A DNA stretch of 61,823 bases, the filler included, from Dugesia japonica (taxonomy: Eukaryota), in NCBI GenBank assembly GCA_001938525.1. It is 6 parts of 6 records of this genome, joined end to end, with 100 filler letters (N's around TTAATTAATTAA, not from the genome) between each part and the next. Parts side by side here need not be neighbours in the genome. Positions count along the whole stretch, not along the records: positions 1 to 12,563 come from MQRL01498326.1; positions 12,664 to 23,695 come from MQRL01596782.1; 4 more parts are not named here. The stretch is one strand, 5' to 3'. Each line of letters begins with the position of its first letter. Positions within the stretch are counted from its first letter, which is position 1. The notes below the pieces were generated by a model. That model had not been told where the DNA came from. It saw only the letters and a program-made list of their open reading frames with translations, and did no database searches. Positions 1 through 12,749 of the stretch are shown here, one piece after another. Position numbers and translations under genes: made by a program.

Positions 1-387
1 TACAGATTTAACACAGAAATATTCCATTAGAATTGAAGCAGAAGGTTTGGAAAAGCAATTCAATTCTGTCGAAACTGATTTTATGCATTCATTTTGGAAT
101 GATATTCTGCAAACTATGCATAATGTTAGCCTCCAGAAAGTTGAAATTGAAATTGAGACCTTTTAAACATATAAATTTAATATCCGATAACTTAACAGTA
201 TTATCTAAATCTAAGCAAATTTTTAAAACGATAATTGAATCGAAAGTTTAATGCACTTTTCACAATATAACAACAGCTCTACGAATATATGTAAGTATCA
301 CCTGCATAAATTGTAGTGGAGAAAGGTTTTCAACTTTGCGAATAAAAATTCATTTAATACCATCTTTAAGAGAATACAAATTAAATA
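1..387 (+). mobile_element. Degenerate, internally deleted hAT (Tip100/ZMYM1-like) transposase fragment
   Basis: Manual translation gives RIEAEGLEKQFNSVETDFMHSFWNDILQ, then the hATC dimerisation motif TFHNITTALRIYVSITCINCSGERFSTLRIK...YKLN (255-387). Confidence 0.75.
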
Positions 388-880
388 NNNNNNNNNNNNN
401 NNNNNNNNNNNNNNNNNNNNNNNNNNNNNNNNNNNNNNNNNNNNNNNNNNNNNNNNNNNNNNNNNNNNNNNNNNNNNTTACGGGAAGAATAAGATCCAAT
501 TAACCATGGCATTTTATGTGAATTATGCGATATCCATTTGAATTAGTCATAATTATTTTTGGACTTAAGGAAAAGGTCATTTTTTAGTGACTAGTTATAT
601 GACTAGTTACAAATTTGAAAGAGTAATTTAAATTTACGCAAAGTTTTTTCATTTTCAGACTGGAAATTCTAAAAAATTCAAAAATTACAGGTGCAATGGG
701 CGCTTCAGAATAAACTAGTATGTTAATAATATGCAAACCAAAATTACAATCACTAAATTTGTATATAAAATTTTGGTGTAATTTATAAGTTAAGATTTAA
801 ACAATTCAAATGTGACCAAAACCTTTTTTGTCGGTCCAATACAAATTGCCACCATTAATCGATGAAAATGTTTTGAAGAA

Positions 881-978
881 ATGAAGTTTCTAAATGCAAT
901 AATCATTTTTCAATTGACATCCCTAAGACGTACAGAAATTAGGAAAATGTAAAGTTTCAGAGCAGGCCTGTCAAACTT
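881..978 (+). repeat. ~100-bp direct repeat of 1372-1470, ending in a hAT TIR start
   Basis: atgaagtttctaaatgcaataatc...gtttcagagcaggcctgtcaaact matches 1372-1470 apart from scattered substitutions. Confidence 0.9.
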
Positions 979-1453
979 GTGAGGAAGTGTTAAAAATTAT
1001 TTTGAGATTTAATTTAAATGAACTTAATTTTAAATTAATGACTGTGTTTTAATAATAATGAATATGTGAAAAGTGAAAACTAGAAGTCAGCGGAAATATA
1101 AAAATCATAGTAGTTAATTACAATTTACAATTCATTCTGATTATCTCAATTGTGATTGTTGTTATCATTAAATTTACAATTCGTTGGTTAGTTCAATTGT
1201 TAGTATTGTCTGGTGCAATCAATAGACGGAACGTGAGTATCTATTATTATTATACATAGCTATTTATTTGATTGTAAAGAAGTTTTACTGAAATACGTTT
1301 TAACTCTTCTTAAGAATTCCTATATAAATTCGATTATTATATTAGTGTCTTATATTAGCGTCATGACCACAATGAAGTTTCTGAATGCAATAATCATTTT
1401 TCAATTGACATCCTTAAGACGAACAGAAATTAGGAAAATGCAAAGTTTCAGAG

Positions 1454-2737
1454 CAAGCGTGTCAAACTCGTTCAAACAAACGGGCCAAATTTGCAACGAT
1501 AAAATTCAAGCGGGCCGTATCACATTTACAAAATTAAAAATTTAGTAAGCTTGCATGGCAATTTACACACAGTAGTATTTGGTTAATAAGATTAAATAAG
1601 ATGAAACAATTATTAAAACATTTAAGAAAAAGTACATATTTATAAAACTAAAATTTATTTTCTTGAACCGGAAACTTGACTGTACTTATCAGTCACTAGG
1701 TTTACAATCTTTGGGTTCTCAAAGACTGAGAAAAAAACTATCTTCATCATGTCAGATAAAAACTTGTTTGTTAATCTTCATCTATATTCCGTTTTATTTA
1801 GTTTCATGTAGGAAAATGATGTACCTTCAAAAAAGCTTAGAATTCGATAAACTAAATCTTTAATTTTTGGATATCGATCAAATAAATAGAAATAAATTTG
1901 TAAGACTCTTAAGTTCAAAAAATTTGTTTTTTAAAGACAAATCATTTTGAAAATAAAATTTTTCCAGCTGCATTAATTTAGGAGTCTTTTTGATATTAAA
2001 GGAAAAATATGCAGTGAAGAGGGGAAAAAAACTTCTTAAAATCTTTGAAACATTTTTTGCATTTGATTTTTAAACCTTTAGTTTTACTATAGTATTGTGA
2101 TAAATTGTAACCTTCGCCTTTAACTTTAAAATATTCNNNNNNNNNNNNATGGCCAATTCATTCTTATTCAAATGAGTTTTAAAATTATCTAGTTTTGTTA
2201 CAAAATTTGAAACTGCATCGTATATGATGGTGACTAAATTGTCTTTACCTTGAAATGGGATTTTCAGATTTTTTTATATGGTATTTTATATCTGTTAGAA
2301 ATTCTAGATCTCTTACTAACAGCAGATCTTTCATAAACCCGATGCTCTAGATGCGAAATAATTTAAAACCAAGATTAATTTTACAGAAATCCTCCGCATC
2401 TTATGCCTACGCAAATAATTTTATCATTTGTTTAAGTATGTATAACATTTTTGCCCGGATATATATCGTCATTGTTTAAAAAGCGTATAATTAATAATTT
2501 ATATTTTAAGATCGAAATTTACAAATTTAAATTAGAATTTTATATTTAAACAATTATTATAAGTTATCATTTATAGCTATTAGATTTTTTAATAAGATTC
2601 TAGAGAAAATTTTTGACTTAATTTTTGTTGGTTACACAATTTTTTACNATTTATCGTTTTTTGAAAACCATTTGCAGGCTAAATAAACCACGACATGGAC
2701 CGGATCCAACCCACGAATTGCCAGCTTTACACCCCAG
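1454..2737 (-). mobile_element. Non-autonomous hAT (Charlie/SPIN, GTF2IRD2-like) element with TIRs and 8-bp TSD
   Basis: Left end CAAGCGTGTCAAACTC and right end cagctttacaccccag fit the consensus CAGGGGTGTCAAACTC. Flanks TTTCAGAG (1446-1453) and TTTAAGAG (2738-2745) match 7/8. Minus-strand transposase remnants include QNDLSLKNKFFELKSLTNF. Confidence 0.75.
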
Positions 2738-3029
2738 TTTAAGAGCACCAAAATTCTTTGAAAACAATACTAATAAAGCGTGACAGATGCAATCAACAAA
2801 CAAAAATTGTAAATATCAAGTAGCTTACAAATAATTTTTTCTAAATAACTAGTATTAACTGCAGTAAGATAAAGAAGAATCTGGTGCAGTGAACAAGAGG
2901 GGTGTCGTTCTGGAACGTCCAAAGCTGTTTCTAAAGAACAATTTACTATTTTTGGATATAAAGAGAAATTCATTTAAAAAACGAGTAAAACAAACTATAA
3001 CAACATATACTTTAACCAAATTAAGTATT

Positions 3030-3571
3030 TCATACAAACTATTCTTCGCCACATTACATTTCCACATTAGCTAATTCAAAAAATTAGGAATAACTCCATA
3101 AACTTTTTAATCCTCAATTTTGTTTCCTTCAAGACGATTATATTGTTTGCGTGTTAACAGATGTATTAGAATCAACAAAATGCAGGCTGTGATTTACAGT
3201 TTCTTGTAAAAATTCCAGGCTTCTAATTTGTCAATATGAACTCCATTCATCACTATAAACAATAGTTCCAGGTCAAAAAATTTCACCAATATTAGGCTGT
3301 ACTATTTTTTAAATATATTTTTGCTGGTCTACAGAATGTGTGGGCGTTACCAAATTTGATTTAGGATAGCCCTTCCACGATGATTTTTAGGTTGATGCCT
3401 AAATAGCATTTCCTTAATTTTACAGACTGCATCGTGTTCTTTTACTCTCAAAGGATTTTCATCTAAATACGTTGTACAACATTTTTTTAAAGTATCAAAT
3501 ATTTTATTAAAAATTTGTAGATCCACTACTATTTCATTTATAAAATCCTCCTCTAATAAATTATTAAACAA
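3030..3571 (-). mobile_element. Merlin (IS1016/IS1595-like DDE) transposase pseudogene
   Basis: Minus-strand motifs QPKNHRGR...QIW, PGTIVYSDEWSSY and ETVNHSLHFVDSNTSVNTQTI, interrupted by stops and frameshifts. Confidence 0.85.
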
Positions 3572-4099
3572 TTTATAAAAAATATTAATAATTTTTTTCT
3601 ATTGGTAAATTAAAAATTTTAAAAATAATCCGTGTTCTTATGGAAAAATATGATTATATTCATGCACCGATACATTTATTTTCTTTGGGGCGTGAATAAG
3701 CAACCATTCTCATCAGTTGATTATACGCACTGCACGTGCTTGTATAAGCCCATTATAAATACAAAGATTTATTGCGTTTTCTATCGAATTTTCATTTAAA
3801 ATGGGTAGGATTTTAGTTTCATAATAGTTTACCCGCGTGGGTTTTAAAACAAAAAAAATTTAAAATAAAATAGTTTATTAAAAAAACTTCCGGGGGTTTT
3901 TTAATACATGATCCAAGATAATTATTTCAATTTTTTTAATAAATATTTTACTTCGATTTTTAAACTTGTTAAAATCTATTTAGTTTTTAAATAATAAAAG
4001 AAAGATTCTAGTAAAATATTTGATTCTCATATTGGAAGAAATCGATAAATTATAATTATTATGGATTATTTTTCAAATAATTTAATTTAAAATAATCAT

Positions 4100-4291
4100 T
4101 TTACAATAACAATTACAGCGAGAATAATTGTTGGATTTAAATATTGATGACATTTGAGATTTCATTAAATTAAAATCTTCGATCAAAATGCTATTTTTTT
4201 AAATAATTTTTTAGTTGTTAGTATTTTCAATTTTGTCTACAAGACAAAAAAAATTAACATTTTGATCGAGGCTTTCAATTTAATAAAATCT
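4100..4291. repeat. Foldback/MITE-like element (same family as 30276-30510)
   Basis: Inverted arms atttcattaaattaaaatcttcgatcaaaatg and cattttgatcgaggctttcaatttaataaaat. Shares the gcgagaataattgttgga motif with 30464-30482 in reverse. Confidence 0.65.
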
Positions 4292-4450
4292 TAAACAATC
4301 GAGTCAATTTATTTTTGAAATTTAAACATTAAACAATAAAAAAAAATAATAAATTCTTTAAAATAATTAAAATGAATTTAAAATTTTATTGTTTAAATAA
4401 ATTTTTCTACATTACATACAGTTTAATGTGATCATTAAATAAAAAAAACA

Positions 4451-6070
4451 ATGTCTCTTAAAACCAATTCAACCGAAGACATTATAACAATTGTCAATCA
4501 TGTTTCGTACAAGAAAACTGAAGGAAAACTATACTTGATGACAGAAAGATTAGCTTGGAAGACGAATACTTCAGATTCATTTAAAATTAGTGAATTTTAT
4601 GTCAATGTTAAAAACCAAAGAATCAGTCCTGATGCAAAAGACAAAGTTCAATTACAACTTATAATGCATTTAAGTTCATCTCACACTTTTCATTTTACGA
4701 ATCCCGGTGGGAGAGAAGCACAAATTATAGATCGAGATGAAATTAAAACTAAACTCTCTGAATTATTGCCTAGATATAGGGATAAAGCTCAAAAGGAACT
4801 CGTAGAGAAAAAAAGAATTTGTGAGCAAAATCCACATGTTCTCAGTTTATATCGAGAACTGGTTGCAAATCGATATTTATGTAAAGAAGATTTTTGGATT
4901 CAAATTGAAAAAACAATTAATAGGTTGTCACAAAGCGATTATTCAAACCTTCCAAAAGGTGTTCCGACGATACTTCTGGTAAATTTAGGTCAAAATAACC
5001 GACAAGTAGAATGCAGTGAAGCAATGACTAAAGATATCTTTAAAGTTTATCAGTCAGTTGAAAAATGTTTTCATAAAAAAGAACAAACAAATAAAGATTT
5101 CTGGAATAAATTTTTCCAGTCTCATTACTATCATTTGTTCAAAATATATCAGCCTGATGATATTTTTTGTCAGTGTGAAGAAAAAGATATTATTATTATA
5201 AAAAATGAAGCTGAAAATCTAAAATCTTCANNNNNNNNNNNNNNNNNNNNNNNNNNNNNNNNNNNNNNNNNNNNNNNNNNNNNNNNNNNNNNNNNNNNNN
5301 NNNNNNNNNNNNNCACAACATCTCAACAGCTTATTAGAAGAGTAACTAGACAAAGTGCTTTGATTATGAAAACGATGACATCGATTAATAATGTAAAACG
5401 GCCTCACAGTTATGAATCAATTGATTTGGATTTTGAAATAAAAAAACCGAAATTAACAACATCTGAAATTTTGTTAAACAATGAAGAGATGCCAGTTTTC
5501 ACTGGGAAAAATATTCAAGAAGAATTTATTTTTTATAAATCTGATCGAATAAAAAATTATATTGCCAAAATGTCGATTAATAAACGAACGATAAATAAAT
5601 CGGTAAATAAAAATTTCCGACTGAGAAAGATCAAAGAAATGAAACCCTTGGAAAATCTCATGTTGTCGTCTGATGCAATAGATGTTTTAACAGAAATTGG
5701 ACATTTGTTTTCTAATTCAGATTTACAAAGAGTAAATAATGGATTAATCAATAAGAATAAAGATAATTCAGTTAAAGAGGTGATTAATGATCTGAAACGA
5801 CTTTATCAAACCTCATCGGAATTGTTTCGCCATTTTTGGCAATGTTTTCCGATTTATAATGCTGAAAGATTTGAAAAGCTTCATAGAATTATAGAATCGA
5901 TAAGAAAATTCAAAATAGAAAAAATCGATAGTTTTATTAATGATCATAGTAATTATTATTTAATCACGGGATCAATGGAAAATAAAGCAATCGATCATTT
6001 AGTTTTGATGATTGGAAAAATTAATCAAGCATATGAGCGTTATTTAAAGAATTATAATAAATATTGTTAA
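4451..6070 (+). CDS. GTF2H1: General transcription factor IIH subunit 1 (p62/TFB1)
   Basis: 539-aa ORF with one internal N gap. N-terminal TFIIH PH domain (YKKTEGKLYLMTERLAW...QRISPDAKDKVQLQL...TFHFTNP), two BSD-like motifs (LYRELV...EDFW; IFKVY...FWNKFFQSHYY) and C-terminal ELFRHFWQCFP. Confidence 0.93.
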   Translation: MSLKTNSTEDIITIVNHVSYKKTEGKLYLMTERLAWKTNTSDSFKISEFYVNVKNQRISPDAKDKVQLQLIMHLSSSHTFHFTNPGGREAQIIDRDEIKTKLSELLPRYRDKAQKELVEKKRICEQNPHVLSLYRELVANRYLCKEDFWIQIEKTINRLSQSDYSNLPKGVPTILLVNLGQNNRQVECSEAMTKDIFKVYQSVEKCFHKKEQTNKDFWNKFFQSHYYHLFKIYQPDDIFCQCEEKDIIIIKNEAENLKSSXXXXXXXXXXXXXXXXXXXXXXXXXXXXTTSQQLIRRVTRQSALIMKTMTSINNVKRPHSYESIDLDFEIKKPKLTTSEILLNNEEMPVFTGKNIQEEFIFYKSDRIKNYIAKMSINKRTINKSVNKNFRLRKIKEMKPLENLMLSSDAIDVLTEIGHLFSNSDLQRVNNGLINKNKDNSVKEVINDLKRLYQTSSELFRHFWQCFPIYNAERFEKLHRIIESIRKFKIEKIDSFINDHSNYYLITGSMENKAIDHLVLMIGKINQAYERYLKNYNKYC

Positions 6071-6616
6071 ATTTGCAAATTTTTCATCGTCTCCAATTTT
6101 ACATTTCAATTCTAAATATTATATAATCAATATTCAAATAGAAATTGTATGAAACTCTAAAAAATTATTGATAATATATTCTTTGTGTGTATTTTAAATA
6201 AAAGTATGATTAGTCATGGAAATTTGCGTTTTATCAATCTATTTTGCAACGTGAGATTTTTCAATCTACTAAAAAAATTAAAGAAAATCTTATTGATCTA
6301 TGCTTTTTAATTGATTTAATTATAGAATTAAAAATTTCTACATATTATAATTATTTATCTCGCGTTTGTATTTTTTAAAAATGGAGATTTTATTAAATTA
6401 TTATTTTTATGGTAATTTAATCTTAATTCAAATTAATTTAGATCAATATTATTATTTATTGTGAACTTTTTCATATTATGTTTACATTTCTGCTTTATAT
6501 TATAATTTCCATATTTATTATAAGCAATTTTCCTTTTAAGATGTGCGAACATTTCGGAAAACTTCCGAGCAAAACAAAATAATTGGTGGGTACAAAATCT
6601 TATAAAAATTACTATG

Positions 6617-6706
6617 TAAGAAACAGTTTTACAATGTTATCAAATACAACCCAAGTATTCAAAATACTAATGCACAGTTATTTCAACTAATTATAAAGAT
6701 AATCAG
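6617..6706 (+). repeat. Dispersed ~90-bp repeat, second copy at 11349-11437
   Basis: agaaacagttttacaatgttatcaaata...ataaagata(a/t)tcagga occurs at both positions. Confidence 0.8.
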
Positions 6707-6719
6707 GAATCCGCCTTGT

Positions 6720-7230
6720 AATCTAGGATCTATGTAAGACTTCATGTTTTCTCTACTCGTATGTCACAAAAGTTTTTAAATTTCCCAGTTTTTATGATTA
6801 ATCTTCTCGTCTGTTAGCCATGCTTAATCCGCCACTTTAAATTTTGATATATAAATCCGTTTTAAAGTCTCGATTTGGGTTTTTCTAATTTTACGTCTAG
6901 GTGTTTCATCTGGCACTAGGTACATATAGATGCATATACCATCAACTGCTGCGACTTTTGACAATATTTTATTTAAAGACTGTTTATTTTACAAAGTTCA
7001 AAGTAGTACTTGTTTCAATTTTTGGCTTTTTCTGCGGAATATTATTTTCTTCAGAATTTTCACTTGATACAGATTTAGATATAAATATGTTGTGCTGTAT
7101 CTTCAAATGATTGATCATATGAGTAGTTGAACTTGTACTCCTTACGTTCGAGTTACAGATACAGCATGTGGCTTCACCAATTTTTTTCGTCTTTCTTAAA
7201 AAACTTCGACATCTCAAATTTTTTTGACAT
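6720..7230 (-). mobile_element. hAT (ZBED-type) transposase N-terminal fragment with BED zinc finger
   Basis: ORF 6984-7217 contains ATCCICNSNVRSTSSTTHMINHLKIQH (C-x2-C...H-x4-H BED finger); degraded downstream. Confidence 0.7.
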
Positions 7231-7629
7231 GGCTAAAAATCTAAATATGTAGTTATATAAGACAATCTAACATTCTTTAATTTACCTTTCAAATATAAGA
7301 AATATCCAAAATAAATTAATGTAACAATTGATTACGATTTATTATAATCATTAAAATTTTAAATGACAATAACAATTACTTATTGCGACTGTTTTTCAAA
7401 AGCAACACTAAAATAATGTTACACATTACGAAAATTCAAAATGCTATTCTTTGAAACTTTTTTTAAAGTTTACTTTGCTTGAACTTTTACAATTTATAAT
7501 TTTGTATCGTTAAAAAATATTCGATTATCAAATAGTCAACTAACACACGAATATATTCGAATATCAAGTATTCAATATTCAGTTTAAAATCTCTAAATCG
7601 CATCAAAAAATGAAAATTTTTTTCATACG

Positions 7630-7681
7630 CCAATGGGGAGGTTTAACTTTCTAAACACCCTTCCAACTGGCTACGCCACTG
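7630..7681 (-). mobile_element. Isolated hAT-type terminal inverted repeat end
   Basis: ctggctacgccactg is the reverse complement of CAGTGGCGTAGCCAG, a common hAT terminus. No partner end found. Confidence 0.5.
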
Positions 7682-7929
7682 CATAGAAGTAATACATCGG
7701 TAATAATCCTTTCCTTGTTATGCAATACCCCATTTCACATTTAGACAATGAATACGACACGTACGTAAATACTCTTTCCTTACCATTTTCAATTTTTGTG
7801 ACAAGACGTCACAATTTTTTTAAAGCCTGAGTATATTTTTCAGATAAACTTTCTTTTCATATCAGGAAATACAAAAACCGGTGATGACGTTGATGCTGTT
7901 ATACTACAAAAACTTCTGAAAATTCAGCC

Positions 7930-9295
7930 AACAATATGAATGTTTATTTCTATAAAAAAATTATTAAAGTTTCAAAAAATTAAAAAATTTAATGAAATTA
8001 ATTCAGAAAATGACCAAGAAAAGTATTAAAATGATTAACTTCAATTATGATAATTTTAAAAGTTTAAATGAAATTTTAAATCTTTTAAATCGAACTTATT
8101 TAAAAAAAACAAGATAAATTTTTGAAAGCAGATAATTTTAAAAATTAGAATAAAAAATCTATAAATTTGGACAATAGTACTCAAAACTTTAAGTTTTAAA
8201 GATCAAAACTAATGATACAGGTTTATCATGATTTTGTTAAAAATTTATTTAAGATTAAAATTTTAAATAATTTGATAAAAATAATTCAGAAAATTACCAA
8301 GAAAGTATTCAACATTTTTCAGTGGTGTATGTTTGTTTGTTTCTTTTCAATATTATTCAACAAAATTCAAAATTTTTGATTTGTTATTATAGGTTTAAAA
8401 ATTTCAATAATTACATTAAAAATCCAGCTGTGTGTACTTGTTTCTTGATGTATTTGAAAATTTATTAAATTTTCAAAACATTTAAAAATTTATTGAAATC
8501 TATTCAGAAAATGACCAAGAAAAGTATTCAAACTTGATTAATTTCAATTATGATAATTTTAAAAATTTTAATGAAAATTTTAAATCTTTCAATGAAATTC
8601 ATTTCAAAAAAAGAACAAGAAAAATTTATGAAAGCAAATTAATTGAATTGATTTTATTATAGCTTTTAAAATTTTCAATTAATATATTCAAAACCCAGTG
8701 ATGAATGTTTCTCTCTTTGTTTTTGTGTGATGCTCAATATTATTCAACAAATTTCAAAATATTTTAAAAATTGTGATTTCTTATTATAGGTTTAAAATTT
8801 TCAATTACTAAACCAAGTATTGTACGTTTGTTTCTTTGTTTATTTAAATATTTTTGAAAGTTATAAGAAATTGAAAAATCTAATTAAAGATTTTCAGAAA
8901 ATGAGCAAGAACTGTATTCAGAAATTAAGTCTAATGATGATAATTTTAAAAATATTTATGAAATTTTAAATCTCTCAATGAAATTTATTTTAAAAAGGAT
9001 CAGAAAATATTGATAAAGCTGATAACTTTAAAAATGAGAATAAAACATTTATAAATTTTGAAAATAATTCTCAAAACTTTAAGTTTTAAACATCAAAACT
9101 AATGATAAAGACTTATATTCTTTTTATTGAGCGATTTGATAAAAATAGTTCAGAATATGACCAAGAAAGTATTCAAAAAATGTCAACTTCAATGACGATA
9201 GTTTTAAGTTTTAATGAAAATTTTAAAACATATTATATTAGTTATTTTAAAAAAGAACAAGAAAAATTTATGAAAGTGGATAATTTAAGAAATTA
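7930..9295 (+). repeat. Degenerate modular tandem repeat (units ~220-390 bp)
   Basis: Anchor ttcagaaaatgaccaagaaagtattcaa recurs at about 8002, 8285, 8503, 8893 and 9150, with shared downstream blocks. Confidence 0.8.
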
Positions 9296-9329
9296 GACCT
9301 TCGAACTATGCGTCGCCAATAATTCTCAC

Positions 9330-9770
9330 TCTCTCTGCATAGAGAACCGTGTTTGCAAAATGGAGATCCTGAAAAACTTCAACGAATTGATAATTAAAAA
9401 TTAACGAAATTTAGTCCGAGGTAAATAGATAGACAATTGTTTTGTTGTACCGTACAGCTGTGATTTCTTCGTGAAATACAACGCTTATATCAACGTCAAG
9501 GTGTGAAGATCTTTGCCAGCCAACAATTACATTTACAAGTACAATTTTAAAGGCTTCGACTGTGCAAACATTGCAGTGACTTCAGACAGAAAGCAGCTGC
9601 TTAAATACAACGAAATCGCAAATTTTCCTAACTGCTGTTACGTAAGCATTTCTGAGGCTGCCTGGGGTTTGTGAGAGTCAAATATGCATGATCAATCTCA
9701 TACAGTTATGTGCACTTTTGTGCAATTGTACAGTCAGCAGCAAATTTACTTTGAAGAAAGATTCATTCGC
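9330..9770 (+). mobile_element. Helitron RepHel fragment
   Basis: IDNCFVVPYS...KYNAYINVKV*...YIYKYNFKGFDCANI...EIANFPNCCYVSISEAAW...MHDQSHTV...QQQIYF matches the conserved Helitron block DNRWVVPYN..HINVE..YKYVYKGHD..RYVSAPEAAW. Confidence 0.88.
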
Positions 9771-9799
9771 AACTTAGTCTATAACAAATTCTTCAACAG

Positions 9800-11160
9800 C
9801 TGATGTCAAAGAATATCAATAAATGAAGGATAGTTGGAAAATCAAAACTTATGTCCGTTTGATAACAAGAAGAAAAAGAGCAAGTGTAAGTCACGAATGT
9901 CTGGAAAATAAGATCTTTTGAACAAATCCTAATCAAAAAAACCAATAAGACAAAAATGAGGTGCATAAATAAAAGGATTTTGAACAAATTTCAAGAAATG
10001 TTTTTTTCTACATACATTCTTTGATCACGGGCTACTTGTAGCTGATAAAATATCTAGCGTATCATTATTTGAGCAGCTCAATCTCAACTCACTCTTCTCC
10101 ATACGTTCCTTTCCTAATTTCTTCCAACATTCTTTGTTCAAAATGGTATTTCATGCGCCCGTATCCAGTAGACAACAAATCCAAATGCCTTCAATCTGCA
10201 CATACAGTCAGTCTATCTTGAAATTTGTTATATTCAACCTTCAAATCTTCTGCTTGCATTATGGTTTTCACCCTTATCTTTCATCCCCTAATCTCTATCT
10301 TGACTTCTTTTCTCTTAAATCATGTGCAACTACCTATGTTTATTATTAGGTCCTCTTCTCTTATAAAGTTTTTTTGTGCTTTCCGTGTATATATGTTTCT
10401 CTTTATTCTGTTGTCCTGTTTGCAGTTTTCATCTTTATCTCTAACTCACTGACATTCTTTACTAATGTGACGTCTTCCACCGCACCGCAAACATTGAATT
10501 TCATGTCTCTTGGGAATTCTCTGCTTACATGCCTTTCTTTCCCACATGTTTTACTGTGCAGTTTATCTAATTACATTCCCAACTCACTATTTCTTGTTCT
10601 CTTATTGTTGTATTATTTTTACTTGTCTGAACATCATTTCCTTTTTAACCATACCTCAGATCATATTTTCTGTTATCTGATCTGACATTTATCTCCGTTT
10701 TCGTCACCCTTACAATATTGTTTAATTTCTCCTTATTGTTTAATTTCTCTAATTTATTTAGATATCTTAATATCTCTTTAATATCTTCCACATTTATGTA
10801 ATATTACTTCTTAAGCCCTCCTATTTCCCGTACTTTTGACTAGTAGTTTTGTTACCACTTTTTATGTAGCAACCTTCTTGTTTGTACCAACTCTTTTACA
10901 TTCTTTATGGAATTCTACATTCTTTGTCTTCTGTTTGTCTTTTATATTTGAGTATTTCTCTAATATCACTTTTAACACATTCTTCCTTTTTAACGCTTTT
11001 CGTAATCGGTTTTGGAAACCCTTCACAAACTTAGTAATTCTTTCACAATAAGATATGTAAATAACCTCTCTTGTTCTTTTTTATTTTGGATTCCTTTTTC
11101 ACGTATAATTCTCACTTGTGGATGAATTTCTCTACATCGTCGTATCACCTAAATATATCA
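9800..11160 (-). mobile_element. Degenerate Ty3/Gypsy-type gag-protease remnant
   Basis: Minus strand has aspartic protease IWICCLLDTGA*NTILNKECWKKLG (~10110-10195) and a degenerate zinc knuckle KTCGKERHVSREF. Confidence 0.7.
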
Positions 11161-12563
11161 AGTATCAGTCTGTCAATTATAGCGTCTGTGCTAACTACTG
11201 TCACATTCTAAGAGATATCACTATCGCAGCCATATACTAAATATGGTTAATTTAAAGTATTAATTTAATAAATAGTAACAAAGTAAGAATAAGAAACTGT
11301 AACAGTTAATATAAATCATTTCGTTGTGATTATAAAAACTACTGTAATAGAAACAGTTTTACAATGTTATCAAATATAACCCATATATTCAAAATACTAT
11401 TGCAGTTATTTCAATTAATAATAAAGATATTCAGGATGATTGTAAATAATAAGAATAAAATAATAAGTTCAATAAATGCAATTAAATATATTATTATTAT
11501 TATTCAAACAATTATTATTATACAAAAACTCGATAACTAATTACTAACCTACGTTTTAGTTATTAAAACAAGTATTAAAATTAATTTTAACACAGATTTT
11601 AACTTTTCCTCACAAATATCATTAGTATTCCATCTTTAGTTGAAATTATCGGTGCAAAATTTGTTTGTTTTTGACAGCGATGTTTTAATTAAGTAAATAG
11701 AAAAGATTTCTTGTTCAATTGGTAAATTGAAGCAAAATAATATAAAAAAAATCTGCAAAAGTAAGAAATTTAATTTAAAAAGAAAAGTCGAATAACAATT
11801 ATAAAATAAAAATTTTATTGTTAATACATTGAATATCGTAAATAGCTTAGGGAAATTACCACAGTCCATCTAAGTGTCTCTCAATCGGAAATTTTTTAAC
11901 CAATTAGTCAAATTCAATTTTGTAAACCAGAAGTATTTATCCATTGCAATACTTTTGTCAATTGATCATGAAATTCGTCAATTATGATCGTGGTTCTTTG
12001 AACAAAATTTTTGAAATATTTTTTTCTTTCTCATTTAAAATTATTATTAAAACAAACTTTTAATTAATTTATTTCAAAATATTTATTATTTATTTAAATG
12101 TATCGTGATGGAAATTTCCATCATACCAAATATTTAGGTATAATTATTTACAATTATTACTAGTGGAATATACTTTTAATCTGACAATAATTTCAGGAGT
12201 TCATCTATGGAATTAAGTGAAAATAAATATAAAAATGCTTTGTCTACGGTTTGTGTCAATAATAATTTTGATAGCACTTTTTTAACATTTACAATACAAA
12301 AAATCATGCAATTAAGAGTTAATTCTTACAATGTTCTATTTAAATTTAAAAAATTTGTTTATTCTTGACAAAATTCTGTTTTTAACATTTTCAATTTTTA
12401 ATTTTTTAAATCTAATTTTTATCTTCTTTGGTTTGGTATTATTTTCTCTTTCATTTACTGGACTTTTGACATCATTTTCGATGGTTGTTAGATATTTATC
12501 CAAATCCTCAATAACATCAAAAATCTCTGATAATTCTGTATCATAAAGCTGGATTTCTTTGAT

Positions 12564-12663
12564 NNNNNNNNNNNNNNNNNNNNNNNNNNNNNNNNNNNNN
12601 NNNNNNNTTAATTAATTAANNNNNNNNNNNNNNNNNNNNNNNNNNNNNNNNNNNNNNNNNNNN
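12564..12663. other. Artificial scaffold-joining spacer
   Basis: 44N-TTAATTAATTAA-44N, exactly 100 bp, with stops in all six frames. Confidence 0.95.
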
Positions 12664-12749
12664 AGATGGAGTATCAGAAGCATTGACAATAGGTCTTCCT
12701 TTGATTGTTGTTTTATGATCTTTAGGAACACAGTACAATATCGTGGATT

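Noticed and set aside
10134-11051. Hydrophobic plus-strand ORFs as membrane proteins
   Set aside because: They are antisense shadows of an A-rich gag-protease remnant.
11636-12550. Ulp1-like protease (MDCG motif) or CACTA accessory gene
   Set aside because: Only a few residues match and no supporting motifs were found.
12608-12619. Recurring TTAATTAATTAA palindrome as a biological motif or regularly spaced repeat
   Set aside because: Always centred in exactly 44+44 Ns; a synthetic six-frame stop linker.
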